From the NCBI RefSeq assembly GCF_000015765.1, contig NC_008942.1, positions 355,921 through 387,920 on the forward strand: DNA of 32,000 nt. Direction: 5' to 3'. Both the position numbers and the translations under genes were made by a program. Positions 8,621 through 17,591 of this stretch are shown one piece after another (position 1 is the stretch's first letter; each line of letters begins with the position of its first letter). Under the pieces are notes generated by a model. It searched no databases and was not told where the DNA came from. It saw nothing but the letters and a program-made list of their open reading frames with translations. The DNA is from Methanocorpusculum labreanum Z. GTDB taxonomy: Archaea; Halobacteriota; Methanomicrobia; Methanomicrobiales; Methanocorpusculaceae.

Positions 8621-9960
8621 AACAGCAGTTTTCTCCACTTTTTGACCATGTTCAGGGTTTTTTCGGTGTACGGAGGATACCGGATCTTCGGGTCGGGTCT
8701 TGTTTTCTTGATCACGACCGTGCGTTTCCGCGTGTAGGTTTCAAGCGAATCCTTTCCGTGATATTTTCCCATCCCGCTGGTTCCAACCCCGCCGAAAGGA
8801 GCGTTCTGGTTTGCGACCTGCATCATGACATCATTGATGCAAACCCCGCCTGAAGGGTTTCGTTCGATGAGATGATTGCGGAAGGTTTCGTTTTCGGAGA
8901 AGATGTAGAGGGCCAGCGGCTCCTTTTTGATCAGCTGTTCGAGTTCATCCTTTCTCTCCCACGCGAGGACCGGGAGGATCGGTCCGAAGATCTCGTTCTG
9001 CATGACGGGGTCGGACATATCTGCGGACAGAATCGTCGGCGCGACTTTTCTTCCGTCGGGATTGTGCTCTCCGGCACGGAAGATGAGGTTCTCCGGTGTT
9101 TCGAACGCGACCAGACGGTCGTATGCATCTTTGGTGACGATCTTGCCGTAGTCGTTGTTCGTTGCCGGATTACTTCCGTAGAGGGTGACGATTTCTTCTT
9201 TGACTTTATTTACGAGTTGATCCCGAACGGATTTATGTACCAGCAGATAGTCAGGGGCGATGCAGGTCTGTCCGGAATTTGCAAACTTTCCCCAGGCGAT
9301 CCGTTTTGCGGCTACAGGGATATCTGCGGTCTCATCGACGATACAGGCATTTTTCCCGCCGAGCTCCAGGGTCACCGGTGTTAAGTGGGCAGCCGCCTTT
9401 TCGGCGATCATTTTTCCCGTATCTTTTCCGCCGGTGAAGAAGATGTAGTCATAATGCGCATCTAAATCGACTTCATCCTCTACACTAACCCATTCTTCGG
9501 GGAATACTTCGGCAAGGATCGTTCGGATGATCTTTCCGGTCTCGGGTGATCTCCGGGATGTTTTTCCGATCACGACGTTTCCGCCGGCGACGATTCCTGC
9601 AAGCGGGAGCATGAAGAGATGGAACGGATAATTCCACGGGGACAAAAGGAGGGCAAGACCGAATGGGTCGTGACGGATAACCGTTTTTGCCGGGAAAATC
9701 ATCATTGGTGAGCGTACTTTCTCCGGTTTCAGGATTTTATTCGTGTGCTTGATCAGATAATCGATTTCGTGCAGGACAGGAGCGATCTCGAATGCGTATG
9801 CCTCGAAGGGACATTTTCCAAGATCCGAAAATAAGGCCGCCGTGATTTCCGGTTCATGGGTTTCGATGGATGTCCGGAGTTTCTGCAGAGCAAGAAGTCT
9901 GCGCTGGATTGGGAGAGTATTTCCGGTGTCGAAAAAAAACCGGTGGGCTTCAATGGACAT
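8617..9960 (-). CDS. NAD(P)-dependent aldehyde dehydrogenase (ALDH3-like)
   Basis: Contains ELGGKNACIV and the catalytic Cys context GQTCIAPDYLLV. About 447 aa from ATG 9960; the track uses an upstream GTG at 9969. Its stop overlaps the DUF357 stop, and the two genes converge. Confidence 0.85.
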   Translation of the reverse strand: MSIEAHRFFFDTGNTLPIQRRLLALQKLRTSIETHEPEITAALFSDLGKCPFEAYAFEIAPVLHEIDYLIKHTNKILKPEKVRSPMMIFPAKTVIRHDPFGLALLLSPWNYPFHLFMLPLAGIVAGGNVVIGKTSRRSPETGKIIRTILAEVFPEEWVSVEDEVDLDAHYDYIFFTGGKDTGKMIAEKAAAHLTPVTLELGGKNACIVDETADIPVAAKRIAWGKFANSGQTCIAPDYLLVHKSVRDQLVNKVKEEIVTLYGSNPATNNDYGKIVTKDAYDRLVAFETPENLIFRAGEHNPDGRKVAPTILSADMSDPVMQNEIFGPILPVLAWERKDELEQLIKKEPLALYIFSENETFRNHLIERNPSGGVCINDVMMQVANQNAPFGGVGTSGMGKYHGKDSLETYTRKRTVVIKKTRPDPKIRYPPYTEKTLNMVKKWRKLLF

Positions 9961-9998
9961 ATATTTCACTATGTCTCAAAAAAATAAAAAGCAATCTA

Positions 9999-10220
9999 TC
10001 ATTTTTCCAGAGTTTTGTGCAAAACACGGATTCTCCGGCGTGCTGCCGCAGTTTCTCCCTCTTCTTTTTCAAAAGAAAGGGAGAGGATGTCGCCGACGTT
10101 TACGCCTGCCGGCAGACTTTCCAAAGGAAATGTTCCAAGTGGTTTTTCGCCGTTTGGACCGCGAAGCAGGAGAGCGGCTTTGCCGTTTTCTATCTCATCC
10201 ACGGTCACGAGCATTTTCAT
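9999..10220 (-). CDS. DUF3006-family small protein
   Basis: MKMLVTVDEIENGKAALLL... matches the typical DUF3006 N-terminus. It forms an ATGA overlap with the upstream MBL gene stop at 10217-10220. Confidence 0.55.
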   Translation of the reverse strand: MKMLVTVDEIENGKAALLLRGPNGEKPLGTFPLESLPAGVNVGDILSLSFEKEEGETAAARRRIRVLHKTLEK

Positions 10221-11227
10221 ACACTAACCCCGTTTCCTGAGACGAGAATATTTTCTGCTATATGCTCATTTTCGGTAATGACCGAGTATTCCGATCCGTC
10301 GGTCGTTATGATGACGTCCCCGTCAAGATCTGTCCGGTATATGTTTTCAGTGTATTGTGCGAAACGCGTTAGGGTTTCGAGGTGGGGGTGGCCATAATCG
10401 TTGTCTGCACCAACGCTCATGACGATAACGTTTGGACTGACTGCTTCAAGGAAGGCGTCCGTGGATGAGCCGGAACTTCCGTGATGGCCGGCTTTCAGGA
10501 TCTCCGCGTCGATCGATGTTCCGGTCGAGATGATGTATTCTTCCGCCTTTTCGCCGGCATCTCCTGCGAGAATAAACGAAACCTCACCGTATGTTATATT
10601 CAAAACGATGGAGTTTTCATTGATGTCGGGCGATGATCCGGTCATGATAAGATCCTGCGGCGGGGAGATGATCTCGATCGTCACATCTGTCCAGGGGCTT
10701 TCGATTTGATCTCCTTCTCTAACGATCGAGTAGGTGACGTTTTCTTCAGAGATGTATGTCATGAGCTTTTCATACGTCGCGGATGTATGTTCGACACCGT
10801 TATCGTAGAAGGTTCCAACATCGTAGGTGGAGAGGACATCCTTTGCTGAACCGATATGATCGTAATCCTGATGGGTTATGAGCAGGAACTCCAGCCTGTC
10901 AATGTCGAGCGAATCAAGGTATGCGAATATCGCCGTACGTGATTCGCGGTCCGACGGGGACATCGTCTCCCCTGCGTCGATAAGCGCGTATGTATCGTCT
11001 TTAGAGAGAAGGATCGCGTCCCCTTGTCCGATATCGATGACATGCACGGAAAAGGCGTGTTCATCCGTTATCTGCGAAGCTAAGGGATTCGAACTGCCGG
11101 TCCCTTCAAGTTCCGCTCCGCCGAAGATCACTATCGCGGCGATGACGAGCAGACCGCAGACGAGACTGATGATCTTCGTTTGTGCCGTTTTGGACGAACG
11201 TTTTCTTTTGCCGGATCTCTTTGCCAT
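10217..11227 (-). CDS. Membrane-anchored MBL-fold metallo-hydrolase (ComEC C-terminal-domain-like)
   Basis: Basic N-terminus plus one TM helix. HVIDIGQGDAILL, ITHQDYDHIG and AGHHGS motifs indicate the metallo-beta-lactamase fold. Confidence 0.75.
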   Translation of the reverse strand: MAKRSGKRKRSSKTAQTKIISLVCGLLVIAAIVIFGGAELEGTGSSNPLASQITDEHAFSVHVIDIGQGDAILLSKDDTYALIDAGETMSPSDRESRTAIFAYLDSLDIDRLEFLLITHQDYDHIGSAKDVLSTYDVGTFYDNGVEHTSATYEKLMTYISEENVTYSIVREGDQIESPWTDVTIEIISPPQDLIMTGSSPDINENSIVLNITYGEVSFILAGDAGEKAEEYIISTGTSIDAEILKAGHHGSSGSSTDAFLEAVSPNVIVMSVGADNDYGHPHLETLTRFAQYTENIYRTDLDGDVIITTDGSEYSVITENEHIAENILVSGNGVSV

Positions 11228-11284
11228 ATGAGGTAATACTATGAAGGCGGCAGGAAAAAAAGTGAGTGGTTGTTGGATTTTGGA

Positions 11285-12865
11285 TTATATTCTCCTTCTC
11301 GACCCTGCGGTCCAGGAAAAGATCATCGCGAGAACTAAAACGACGAGTGCAGCAATAATGGTCCCGTCCATCATCTGGAGGAAGGAGGCCGCATAGTCGT
11401 CAGATGTCCCTGAAAGGAAGATGTTTTTCAGAATGGACACGATCCCAATCGAGATCGCCATGCCAAGCATTCTGGTCGTAGAAAGGGTTCCGGACGCCAT
11501 CCCAAATTCCTGAGGCGTCACGGAGTTCATGATCGCCGTGCTGTTCGGCGTGACGAATATGGCGATACCTACTCCGAAGAATGCCTGGACGGCGATCATG
11601 CTCCAGATCGCGGTTTCGGTCCCGCAGGTAAGAAGGATGATCATTCCAATACTGATGAGGATAAGTCCCGTTGTCGTTGCATACTTTGGCGGAGCATTTT
11701 TGATATACCGGTCGATCCCGGCGAGGATTAAAGATCCGAGACCGAATGCCGCGACGCTTGCGCAGAGGATCGCTCCAATCAGCCAGAGGGTTCCCGTTGA
11801 GGGAACACCCATTATCCATGCTCCGGCTATGCCGCCGATCGTGAAAAGTACGCCGAATGCGAGCAGCCATCTGGGCAGAAGGTGGTCGTAGAATCTGCCG
11901 GCAACGATCGTAAAGAGCACGAGAATCAACCCTTGCGTTGTCACGATCAGCGCACGGGGCAGTGCGTCCGTGATCCCCCAGACATTCGTCATGTAGAGCG
12001 AAACAAGGGAGCCCATTGCATAGATCGCCACATAATACAGCAGGTTTGCGGAGTTATTGAAGGTGAATCCTCTGTTGCGGAGAATCAGTTTGACCGGGAT
12101 GAGGGGATTTTTATTCCTCTTTTCATAGAAAAAGAATGCGATCAAAAGAAAGATCCCGGAAACGAGAAGTGCGAGTGCCTCCGTGTTCGGCTGTTTGGAA
12201 AATCCGTAGAGGGCAAAACCCATTCCTCCCATAAAGAGCAGGGCACCGATCCAGTCGTACGGTCCTTTGTCGGTTGGCTGATCCCGCGGGATGAAAGGAA
12301 TGGCAAGGAAGAAGGAGAGAAGTGCCACCGGACAGAGGATAAGATACACCATCGACCATCCAAAGACATCCGTCAGAGCGCCGGCAAGCAGCGGTCCGGC
12401 GAGCTGGCCAAGGAATACGCCGGTCATCGCGATACCAATTGCGGTCCCCCGGAGTTCTACTTTTACCGCCGATGCGAGCAAAGCTATCGCGCTTCCAAAC
12501 ATCAGTGCGTTTCCGATACCCTCGATCGTGCGCATGGCAAGGACCATTTCGCCGGAAGTCGACATTCCAACACCTAGAGAACCGACCCCAAGAAGAAGGA
12601 CACCGATACTGAAGAACCACTTCTTGCTGAATTTATCGGCAAGTCTTGCAGCAGGTATAAGAAAGATCGTGGATGTCAACAGATAAACGGTCAGGATCCA
12701 GCCGTAAAGATTCCAGTAGTCGGCTCCCATTGTGTATCCCAGTCCGACGAGCATATTTGGGAGGGCGATGTTTGTCGCTTCTCCGATGAACGGGGGTAAA
12801 AAACAGGCAATTCCGACTGTTATGGCAATAATATACTGTTTTGCACTCAGACGCAATGTCTCCAT
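11285..12865 (-). CDS. MFS transporter, DHA2/EmrB-like (about 14 TM segments)
   Basis: The 526-aa product is highly hydrophobic. It carries an MFS motif-A-like ARLADKFSKK after TM2 and multiple Gly-rich helices. Confidence 0.8.
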   Translation of the reverse strand: METLRLSAKQYIIAITVGIACFLPPFIGEATNIALPNMLVGLGYTMGADYWNLYGWILTVYLLTSTIFLIPAARLADKFSKKWFFSIGVLLLGVGSLGVGMSTSGEMVLAMRTIEGIGNALMFGSAIALLASAVKVELRGTAIGIAMTGVFLGQLAGPLLAGALTDVFGWSMVYLILCPVALLSFFLAIPFIPRDQPTDKGPYDWIGALLFMGGMGFALYGFSKQPNTEALALLVSGIFLLIAFFFYEKRNKNPLIPVKLILRNRGFTFNNSANLLYYVAIYAMGSLVSLYMTNVWGITDALPRALIVTTQGLILVLFTIVAGRFYDHLLPRWLLAFGVLFTIGGIAGAWIMGVPSTGTLWLIGAILCASVAAFGLGSLILAGIDRYIKNAPPKYATTTGLILISIGMIILLTCGTETAIWSMIAVQAFFGVGIAIFVTPNSTAIMNSVTPQEFGMASGTLSTTRMLGMAISIGIVSILKNIFLSGTSDDYAASFLQMMDGTIIAALVVLVLAMIFSWTAGSRRRI

Positions 12866-12893
12866 AATACCTCAGTATGGATTTTTGAGGTAT

Positions 12894-12945
12894 TAATCGT
12901 TGCCTGTTTTGAGTTATAACTCAAAAATGAGTTAAATTGATTTAA
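12894..12945 (-). promoter_or_regulatory. Promoter-region module A, shared with the rib operon; contains palindrome GAGTTATAACTC and an ATTAATA TATA-like box
   Basis: An ungapped hand alignment with 18302-18353 gives 39 of 52 identical positions, with a core of 31 of 38. The module lies 29-80 nt upstream of the MFS ATG. Confidence 0.45.
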
Positions 12946-13692
12946 CTAGTAATGTCTACGTCCTTCACTGATGATTTCTTCAGCACGGCTTTCATCCAGC
13001 CCGGGTGCCAGGATCCGCCATTCACTTTTGATTTCCTGTTCATCTGCAGGATCGCGGTATTTCATCAGTGTCTTTACAGCGCGCATGCATGTTTTGCAGA
13101 GGGGAATGGTGTTCTCCGAATCAGACTCACCCCTGAATCGAAACTGCTGATGCGGGGTTGAAGAATCCGCTCCGCACAGATAACAGACGTTCGGGTGGGA
13201 TTTCACTGCCGGTTTTTTTGGCTGATCATCTATGAGTGAATGAGTTTTTGGAAGACCCTCTTCTTCAGATGGTTCTGCGAGAATGGTTGCAGGTTCGCTC
13301 ATTACCTGCGTTTCTTCTTCAAAGATATCATCTTCTGGGAGCTCTCTTACAGGGTATGAATGTATTTCTGCAGGTTTTATGTCTGTATCATATGTGAGGG
13401 AAAAATTATCTTCATATTCTGATTTTATTGTTGGTTTGATCTTTTTATCCGATTTCTTATGGCCAAAGACACTTGAGAGGAACCGCCCTTTCTTTGGTTT
13501 TTCGGATTGTCCAATGGAGGTCAAAGCATCCGTGTTACTCCCAGATCCGGACAAATAATTTACCTCGTCGTAGATACTGGAGGATCCGGTATGTTCTTTC
13601 GATCCAAGAATTGTATTGTCTTTCTTTGCTTTTTTGGGTTTGTCGCTACCCAGCGATCCGCCTAACGGATCAAACTCTTTTTTTCGTGCCAA
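12946..13692 (-). CDS. Hypothetical protein: K/S/E-rich disordered N-terminal part plus C-terminal zinc ribbon
   Basis: 248-aa ORF with low-complexity basic and acidic segments. The C-terminus has VCYLCG...PLCKTCM, two CxxC pairs. Confidence 0.5.
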   Translation of the reverse strand: MARKKEFDPLGGSLGSDKPKKAKKDNTILGSKEHTGSSSIYDEVNYLSGSGSNTDALTSIGQSEKPKKGRFLSSVFGHKKSDKKIKPTIKSEYEDNFSLTYDTDIKPAEIHSYPVRELPEDDIFEEETQVMSEPATILAEPSEEEGLPKTHSLIDDQPKKPAVKSHPNVCYLCGADSSTPHQQFRFRGESDSENTIPLCKTCMRAVKTLMKYRDPADEQEIKSEWRILAPGLDESRAEEIISEGRRHY

Positions 13693-13897
13693 ATATTGAC
13701 CCTCCTGTTATATGCAATATTCATTTCGTGTTATTTAATACCTCGTGACTATTCATAGATACACTCATCCCCTTCATTCACTGAATCGTTATACATTTTC
13801 CTCATGATGTTCATAGTTTTCTTCCAAAAGGAATACATATTAGTGGAATGTATTGTATAGTATCAGAACATATTCTGATTAACACGAGAGTGATTTT

Positions 13898-14827
13898 ATG
13901 AAAAAAATTTCCTATCTGTTTATTGCCCTGATCGTTCTCTTCCTCTTCGCAGGTGCTGCATCAGCAGAGACGGTTGGTGGTGACAAAGGTGTCATTCAGG
14001 TTAATTGTGATGTGAATGGAGCATCTGCCTCTCTTCTCTCCATTAACAATGATCTCATTGAAACCAAGGCCATTACCAATGGTATGGCAGAGTTCTACGT
14101 GTACACGACCGGCACTCCTGCAAGTCAGGTTATCGTTTCTGCAGACGGTTATTATACCGCCAGTGCTCCGGTAACGGTTCCTGCAGCCGGTGAAACCACT
14201 CAGGTCACGATAAACCTTGAAGCAAAGCCGATTGGCGGCGACCGTGGTTTCCTCCAGGTCAACACCAATATCATTGGCGCAAAAGTTGATGTGATGTCGA
14301 TTTCAGGATCAGTTGCTGAAACTGGTTACACCGATATAGACGGTAAGATCGAATTTGCTATCTACACAACCGGAACACCGATCAGCTCTGTTGTTGTCTC
14401 AGCTCCGGGCTGGGTTACTCAGACTGTTTCCGTAACCGTCCCTGAAAAAGGTCAGACCGAGACCGTCAACATTGAGATGGTTTCCACGAACCCCATTATT
14501 GGCGGCGACCAAGGCGTTATCAGCGTTACCAGCAATGTTGAAGGCGCAAAAGTCGAGCTGATCTCCATTTCCGGAGGTGTCGGCTACACCGGAACAATCT
14601 CCAACGGTAAAGCAGACATTACTGTCTACACGACCGGTACCCCGGTCAATCAGGCACGTGTTTCCGCGACTGGATATCAGACCGCAACTATTGGGGTAAC
14701 AATGCCGACAAAAGGCGAGACCCTTACCTTCAATGCTCCGTTGACCGCGACATCATCTCCGATGGGCTTTGCCTTAATCGGTCTTCTTGGCGTCATCGGT
14801 ATCATTGCTTTGGTCCGCAGGGACTAA
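13898..14827 (+). CDS. Secreted surface protein with three PEGA-like beta-sandwich repeats and a PGF-CTERM-like anchor
   Basis: Signal peptide MKKISYLFIALIVLFLFAGAASA. Three repeats of about 87 aa follow. The C-terminus TATSSPMGFALIGLLGVIGIIALVRRD shows an S/T linker, P-x-G-F, a TM helix and a basic tail. Confidence 0.65.
   Translation: MKKISYLFIALIVLFLFAGAASAETVGGDKGVIQVNCDVNGASASLLSINNDLIETKAITNGMAEFYVYTTGTPASQVIVSADGYYTASAPVTVPAAGETTQVTINLEAKPIGGDRGFLQVNTNIIGAKVDVMSISGSVAETGYTDIDGKIEFAIYTTGTPISSVVVSAPGWVTQTVSVTVPEKGQTETVNIEMVSTNPIIGGDQGVISVTSNVEGAKVELISISGGVGYTGTISNGKADITVYTTGTPVNQARVSATGYQTATIGVTMPTKGETLTFNAPLTATSSPMGFALIGLLGVIGIIALVRRD
13973..14746 (+). repeat. Three in-frame tandem repeats of about 260 nt inside the surface-protein gene
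   Basis: Repeat units start at VGGDKGVIQVN (13973), IGGDRGFLQVN (14231) and IGGDQGVISVT (14498). Each contains (V/I)YTTGTP and VSA.G(Y/W). Confidence 0.8.
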
Positions 14828-14832
14828 CCTTA

Positions 14833-14843
14833 TTTTTCTTTTT
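14833..14843 (+). terminator. Oligo-T terminator candidate after the surface-protein gene
   Basis: TTTTTCTTTTT begins 6 nt after the stop codon. Confidence 0.4.
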
Positions 14844-14897
14844 ACTCCATTTCACTTACCATGCATTAAATAGCTCAAAGCTCTATTTTGATTAGTT

Positions 14898-15431
14898 ATG
14901 AGTGATTCTGACCCGATTGATAATCCGGAAAGCTGGTTTGCCGCCGGTGAACGCGAACGTGATGCGGGAAATTTCCGTCAGGCGCAGCTGTGTTTTGAAA
15001 GAGCAGCGGTACTTTCTCCTACTAATGCCGTGTACTGGTCGGAGTTGGGTCTAGTGATGTATGAAAATGATGAATCCGGTGATGATGCTCTTCGCTGTAT
15101 CCGACATGCTCTTGAACTCGACCCCCGTTGTGCTGCTATCTGGTGTGCAAAGGGCGTGATCCTCTTTCGTCAGGGAGATCCCGAAGCCGCTGTCGTGGCA
15201 TTTCAGAGGGCAACGAATCTGAATCCTCGCGAGGCAGATTACTGGATGAATCTCGGCCTTGCCTATGCCGTTCTCGAAGAGTACCAGCCGGCATGTCAGG
15301 CCTTTGAGATTGGGATCGAAATCGTTCCAACCGATGTCAGTTTCTGGGAACGAAAAGGAACTGTCCTTCTTGCCCTTGGTGAAAAAGAGCGTGCAGAACA
15401 CTGTTTTGCCAATGCCCACCGCTTTGCCTGA
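14898..15431 (+). CDS. TPR-repeat protein
   Basis: About four 34-aa repeats with the A/Y/W...A...F..A....P pattern, for example YWSELGLVMY and YWMNLGLAYA. Confidence 0.7.
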   Translation: MSDSDPIDNPESWFAAGERERDAGNFRQAQLCFERAAVLSPTNAVYWSELGLVMYENDESGDDALRCIRHALELDPRCAAIWCAKGVILFRQGDPEAAVVAFQRATNLNPREADYWMNLGLAYAVLEEYQPACQAFEIGIEIVPTDVSFWERKGTVLLALGEKERAEHCFANAHRFA

Positions 15432-15447
15432 GGATAGTATTTTATTC

Positions 15448-16359
15448 CTATTGAATCACACCGGCCGTTTCGAGTTTATGATAGAGATATCCGTCACGCA
15501 CTCCCGATCTGCTGACGATCACGGTTTTGCAGGAATAATAGCCTGCAATCGTCTGCTGAATGATCATTCCAGGAACAAGTGTATGGATTCTTTCGGGAGC
15601 AACCTTGAGTATCTGAGAGATCGCGGTTTTTCTGTTCGTTTCAGCCAGATCGATCATCTTTTGGAGATCGCGGCAGGAATATTCGGCACCAGTTGATCCT
15701 TTTCCTTTCAATAGATGATTCAGACGGCAGCTTGCCCGTATCGTGCCGCCCACGCCGCAGATGATATCGGTGGGAATAGGTTTGCAGGGAAGAGGAATGG
15801 AAGCAAGCTGCGCAGTTACCTCCTTTTCGATAGCCTTTCGTTCCTCGGCAGTCGGCAGGAGGTCGGAGACAAATGATGTGTAGGCATTCAATGAGCCGAT
15901 CGGCAGCGATTCAGTGGTGATTATCTCATCATCTTTGTAAAAAACCAGTTCGGTGCTGCCCCCGCCGATGTCCACCAAAAGACCGTCATGCATTTCGATC
16001 GTCTGCGTCGCTCCGTAATAATCGAATACCGCCTCCTCCCTGCCGCTTATCACATCAACATCGAATCCCGTCTGCTTCTTGATCTCTGACGTGACTTCCA
16101 GCGTATTTTCTATGTTTCGAAGCGAGGCGGTAGCAAATATATACAGACGTTCGACCCGGACGTTCTCAAGAATCATCTTGAAATCATTCAGGACGTCTAC
16201 AGCTTTTTGGATACCTTCCGGGGTGAGACGCCGTTTTTTCACATACCCGACCAGCCCCGCCGTATGTTTTTTGCTGAGCTTTGGCACAATGGTATTGTCG
16301 ATTACTTTGTACAACACCAGACGCACCGTGTTGGAACCAAGATCTATTACACCGTACAT
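15448..16359 (-). CDS. Ppx/GppA-family phosphatase (two-domain ASKHA form, no HD domain)
   Basis: N-terminal MYGVIDLGSNTVRLVLY, plus DIGGGSTELV and GVGGT motifs. Confidence 0.8.
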   Translation of the reverse strand: MYGVIDLGSNTVRLVLYKVIDNTIVPKLSKKHTAGLVGYVKKRRLTPEGIQKAVDVLNDFKMILENVRVERLYIFATASLRNIENTLEVTSEIKKQTGFDVDVISGREEAVFDYYGATQTIEMHDGLLVDIGGGSTELVFYKDDEIITTESLPIGSLNAYTSFVSDLLPTAEERKAIEKEVTAQLASIPLPCKPIPTDIICGVGGTIRASCRLNHLLKGKGSTGAEYSCRDLQKMIDLAETNRKTAISQILKVAPERIHTLVPGMIIQQTIAGYYSCKTVIVSRSGVRDGYLYHKLETAGVIQ

Positions 16360-16429
16360 CGAGGTGATTCCTCCAAAATCATACTTGGTTCTTATCTTAC
16401 ACGCAACGCATCTTAATAATATTCTATAG

Positions 16430-16436
16430 AAAAAAA
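16430..16436 (-). terminator. Oligo-T (T7) terminator candidate after ribH
   Basis: The minus strand reads CCTTTTTTTC, 16 nt downstream of the ribH stop. Confidence 0.4.
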
Positions 16437-16451
16437 GGAGTGTATGGAGTA

Positions 16452-16919
16452 TCAGTTGCCGAGTTGACGGATAACATTGACCATTTCGATCGCGCCGACC
16501 GCGGCATCGAAACCTTTGTTTCCGACCTTTGATCCGGCACGTTCGATCGCCTGCTCGAGATTGTCCGTTGTCAGAACGCCAAACATGACCGGGATGCCTG
16601 ATTTCAGCGAAACCGTTGCTATGCCTTTTGTGACTTCATTGCAGACATAATCGTAGTGGCTGGTTGATCCGCGGATTACGGCGCCAAGGCAGATGACCGC
16701 ATCGTATTTTTTGGATTCTGCCATCTTTTCTGCGATCAGCGGGATCTCGAATGCTCCGGGGACCCAGGCAATTTCGACATCGTCATCTGCGACATCATGT
16801 CTTTTGAGAGCATCGAGAGCTCCTCCGAGTAATTTCGATACGATAAATTCATTGAATCTTGCAGCAACGATACCTATTTTGATGTTTTTTGAAACCAGAT
16901 TTCCTTCGTAAACTTTCAT
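16452..16919 (-). CDS. ribH: 6,7-dimethyl-8-ribityllumazine synthase
   Basis: [38 protein letters not shown] and AIERAG..GNKG are present. From memory, it is very close over its full length to Bacillus-type RibH. Confidence 0.9.
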
Positions 16920-16929
16920 GATAATCTCC

Positions 16930-17589
16930 TTAACAGTCCATTGGACTCATATTTTTCTGTTCAACGGCAAGAGCCGAAGCTTCCTGCTTTCTCCGGTAGG
17001 CCTGGAGGTCTTTGATGGTCACAAAGGTTAAGTTATACTGCTTGGCCATCGAAATAAGCTCAGGGGTCCGCATCATTTCACCGTTGTCCGCCATGATCTC
17101 GCAGCAGAGTCCTGCTTCTCTGAGTCCTGCCAGTTTCATCAGATCGACGGTTGCTTCCGTATGTCCCTCACGCTCGAATACACCATTGTCCTTTGCCTGC
17201 AGCGGGAACATATGGCCGGGTCTTCGAAAATCCTCCGGCCGTGCGTTTGGGTCGATACATTTCCGTGCGGTGATGCCGCGTTCAACCGCCGAGATGCCTG
17301 TAGTGGTATCGACATGATCGATGGAGACCGTGAATGCCGTTTCGTGGTTGTCGGTGTTTTTGAGCACCATCGGCGGGAGACAAAGTTTTTCGACGAGACT
17401 GCGTCCCATCGGCATGCAGATCAGCCCTCTGCCGTATTTTGCCATGAAGTTGACATTTTCCGTCGTGGCATATTCGGCGGCACAGATCAGGTCACCTTCG
17501 TTCTCTCGGTTCTCATCATCGGTGACGATGATCATCTCTCCGTTTTGAAGGGATTTCAGGGCCTCTTCGATCGTGTTAAATGTAAACAT
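16930..17589 (-). CDS. ribB: 3,4-dihydroxy-2-butanone-4-phosphate synthase (monofunctional, no GTP cyclohydrolase II domain)
   Basis: I place the start at ATG 17589, giving [36 protein letters not shown] and RPGHMFPL are present. The protein ends about 30 aa after IKDLQAYR, where bacterial RibBA continues into the RibA half. Confidence 0.9.
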
Positions 17590-17591
17590 AG

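Noticed and set aside
11882-12577. 231-aa plus-strand ORF antisense to the MFS transporter
   Set aside because: Its Arg/Gly/Asp-rich composition mirrors the hydrophobic codons of the real gene on the other strand. No start context is evident.
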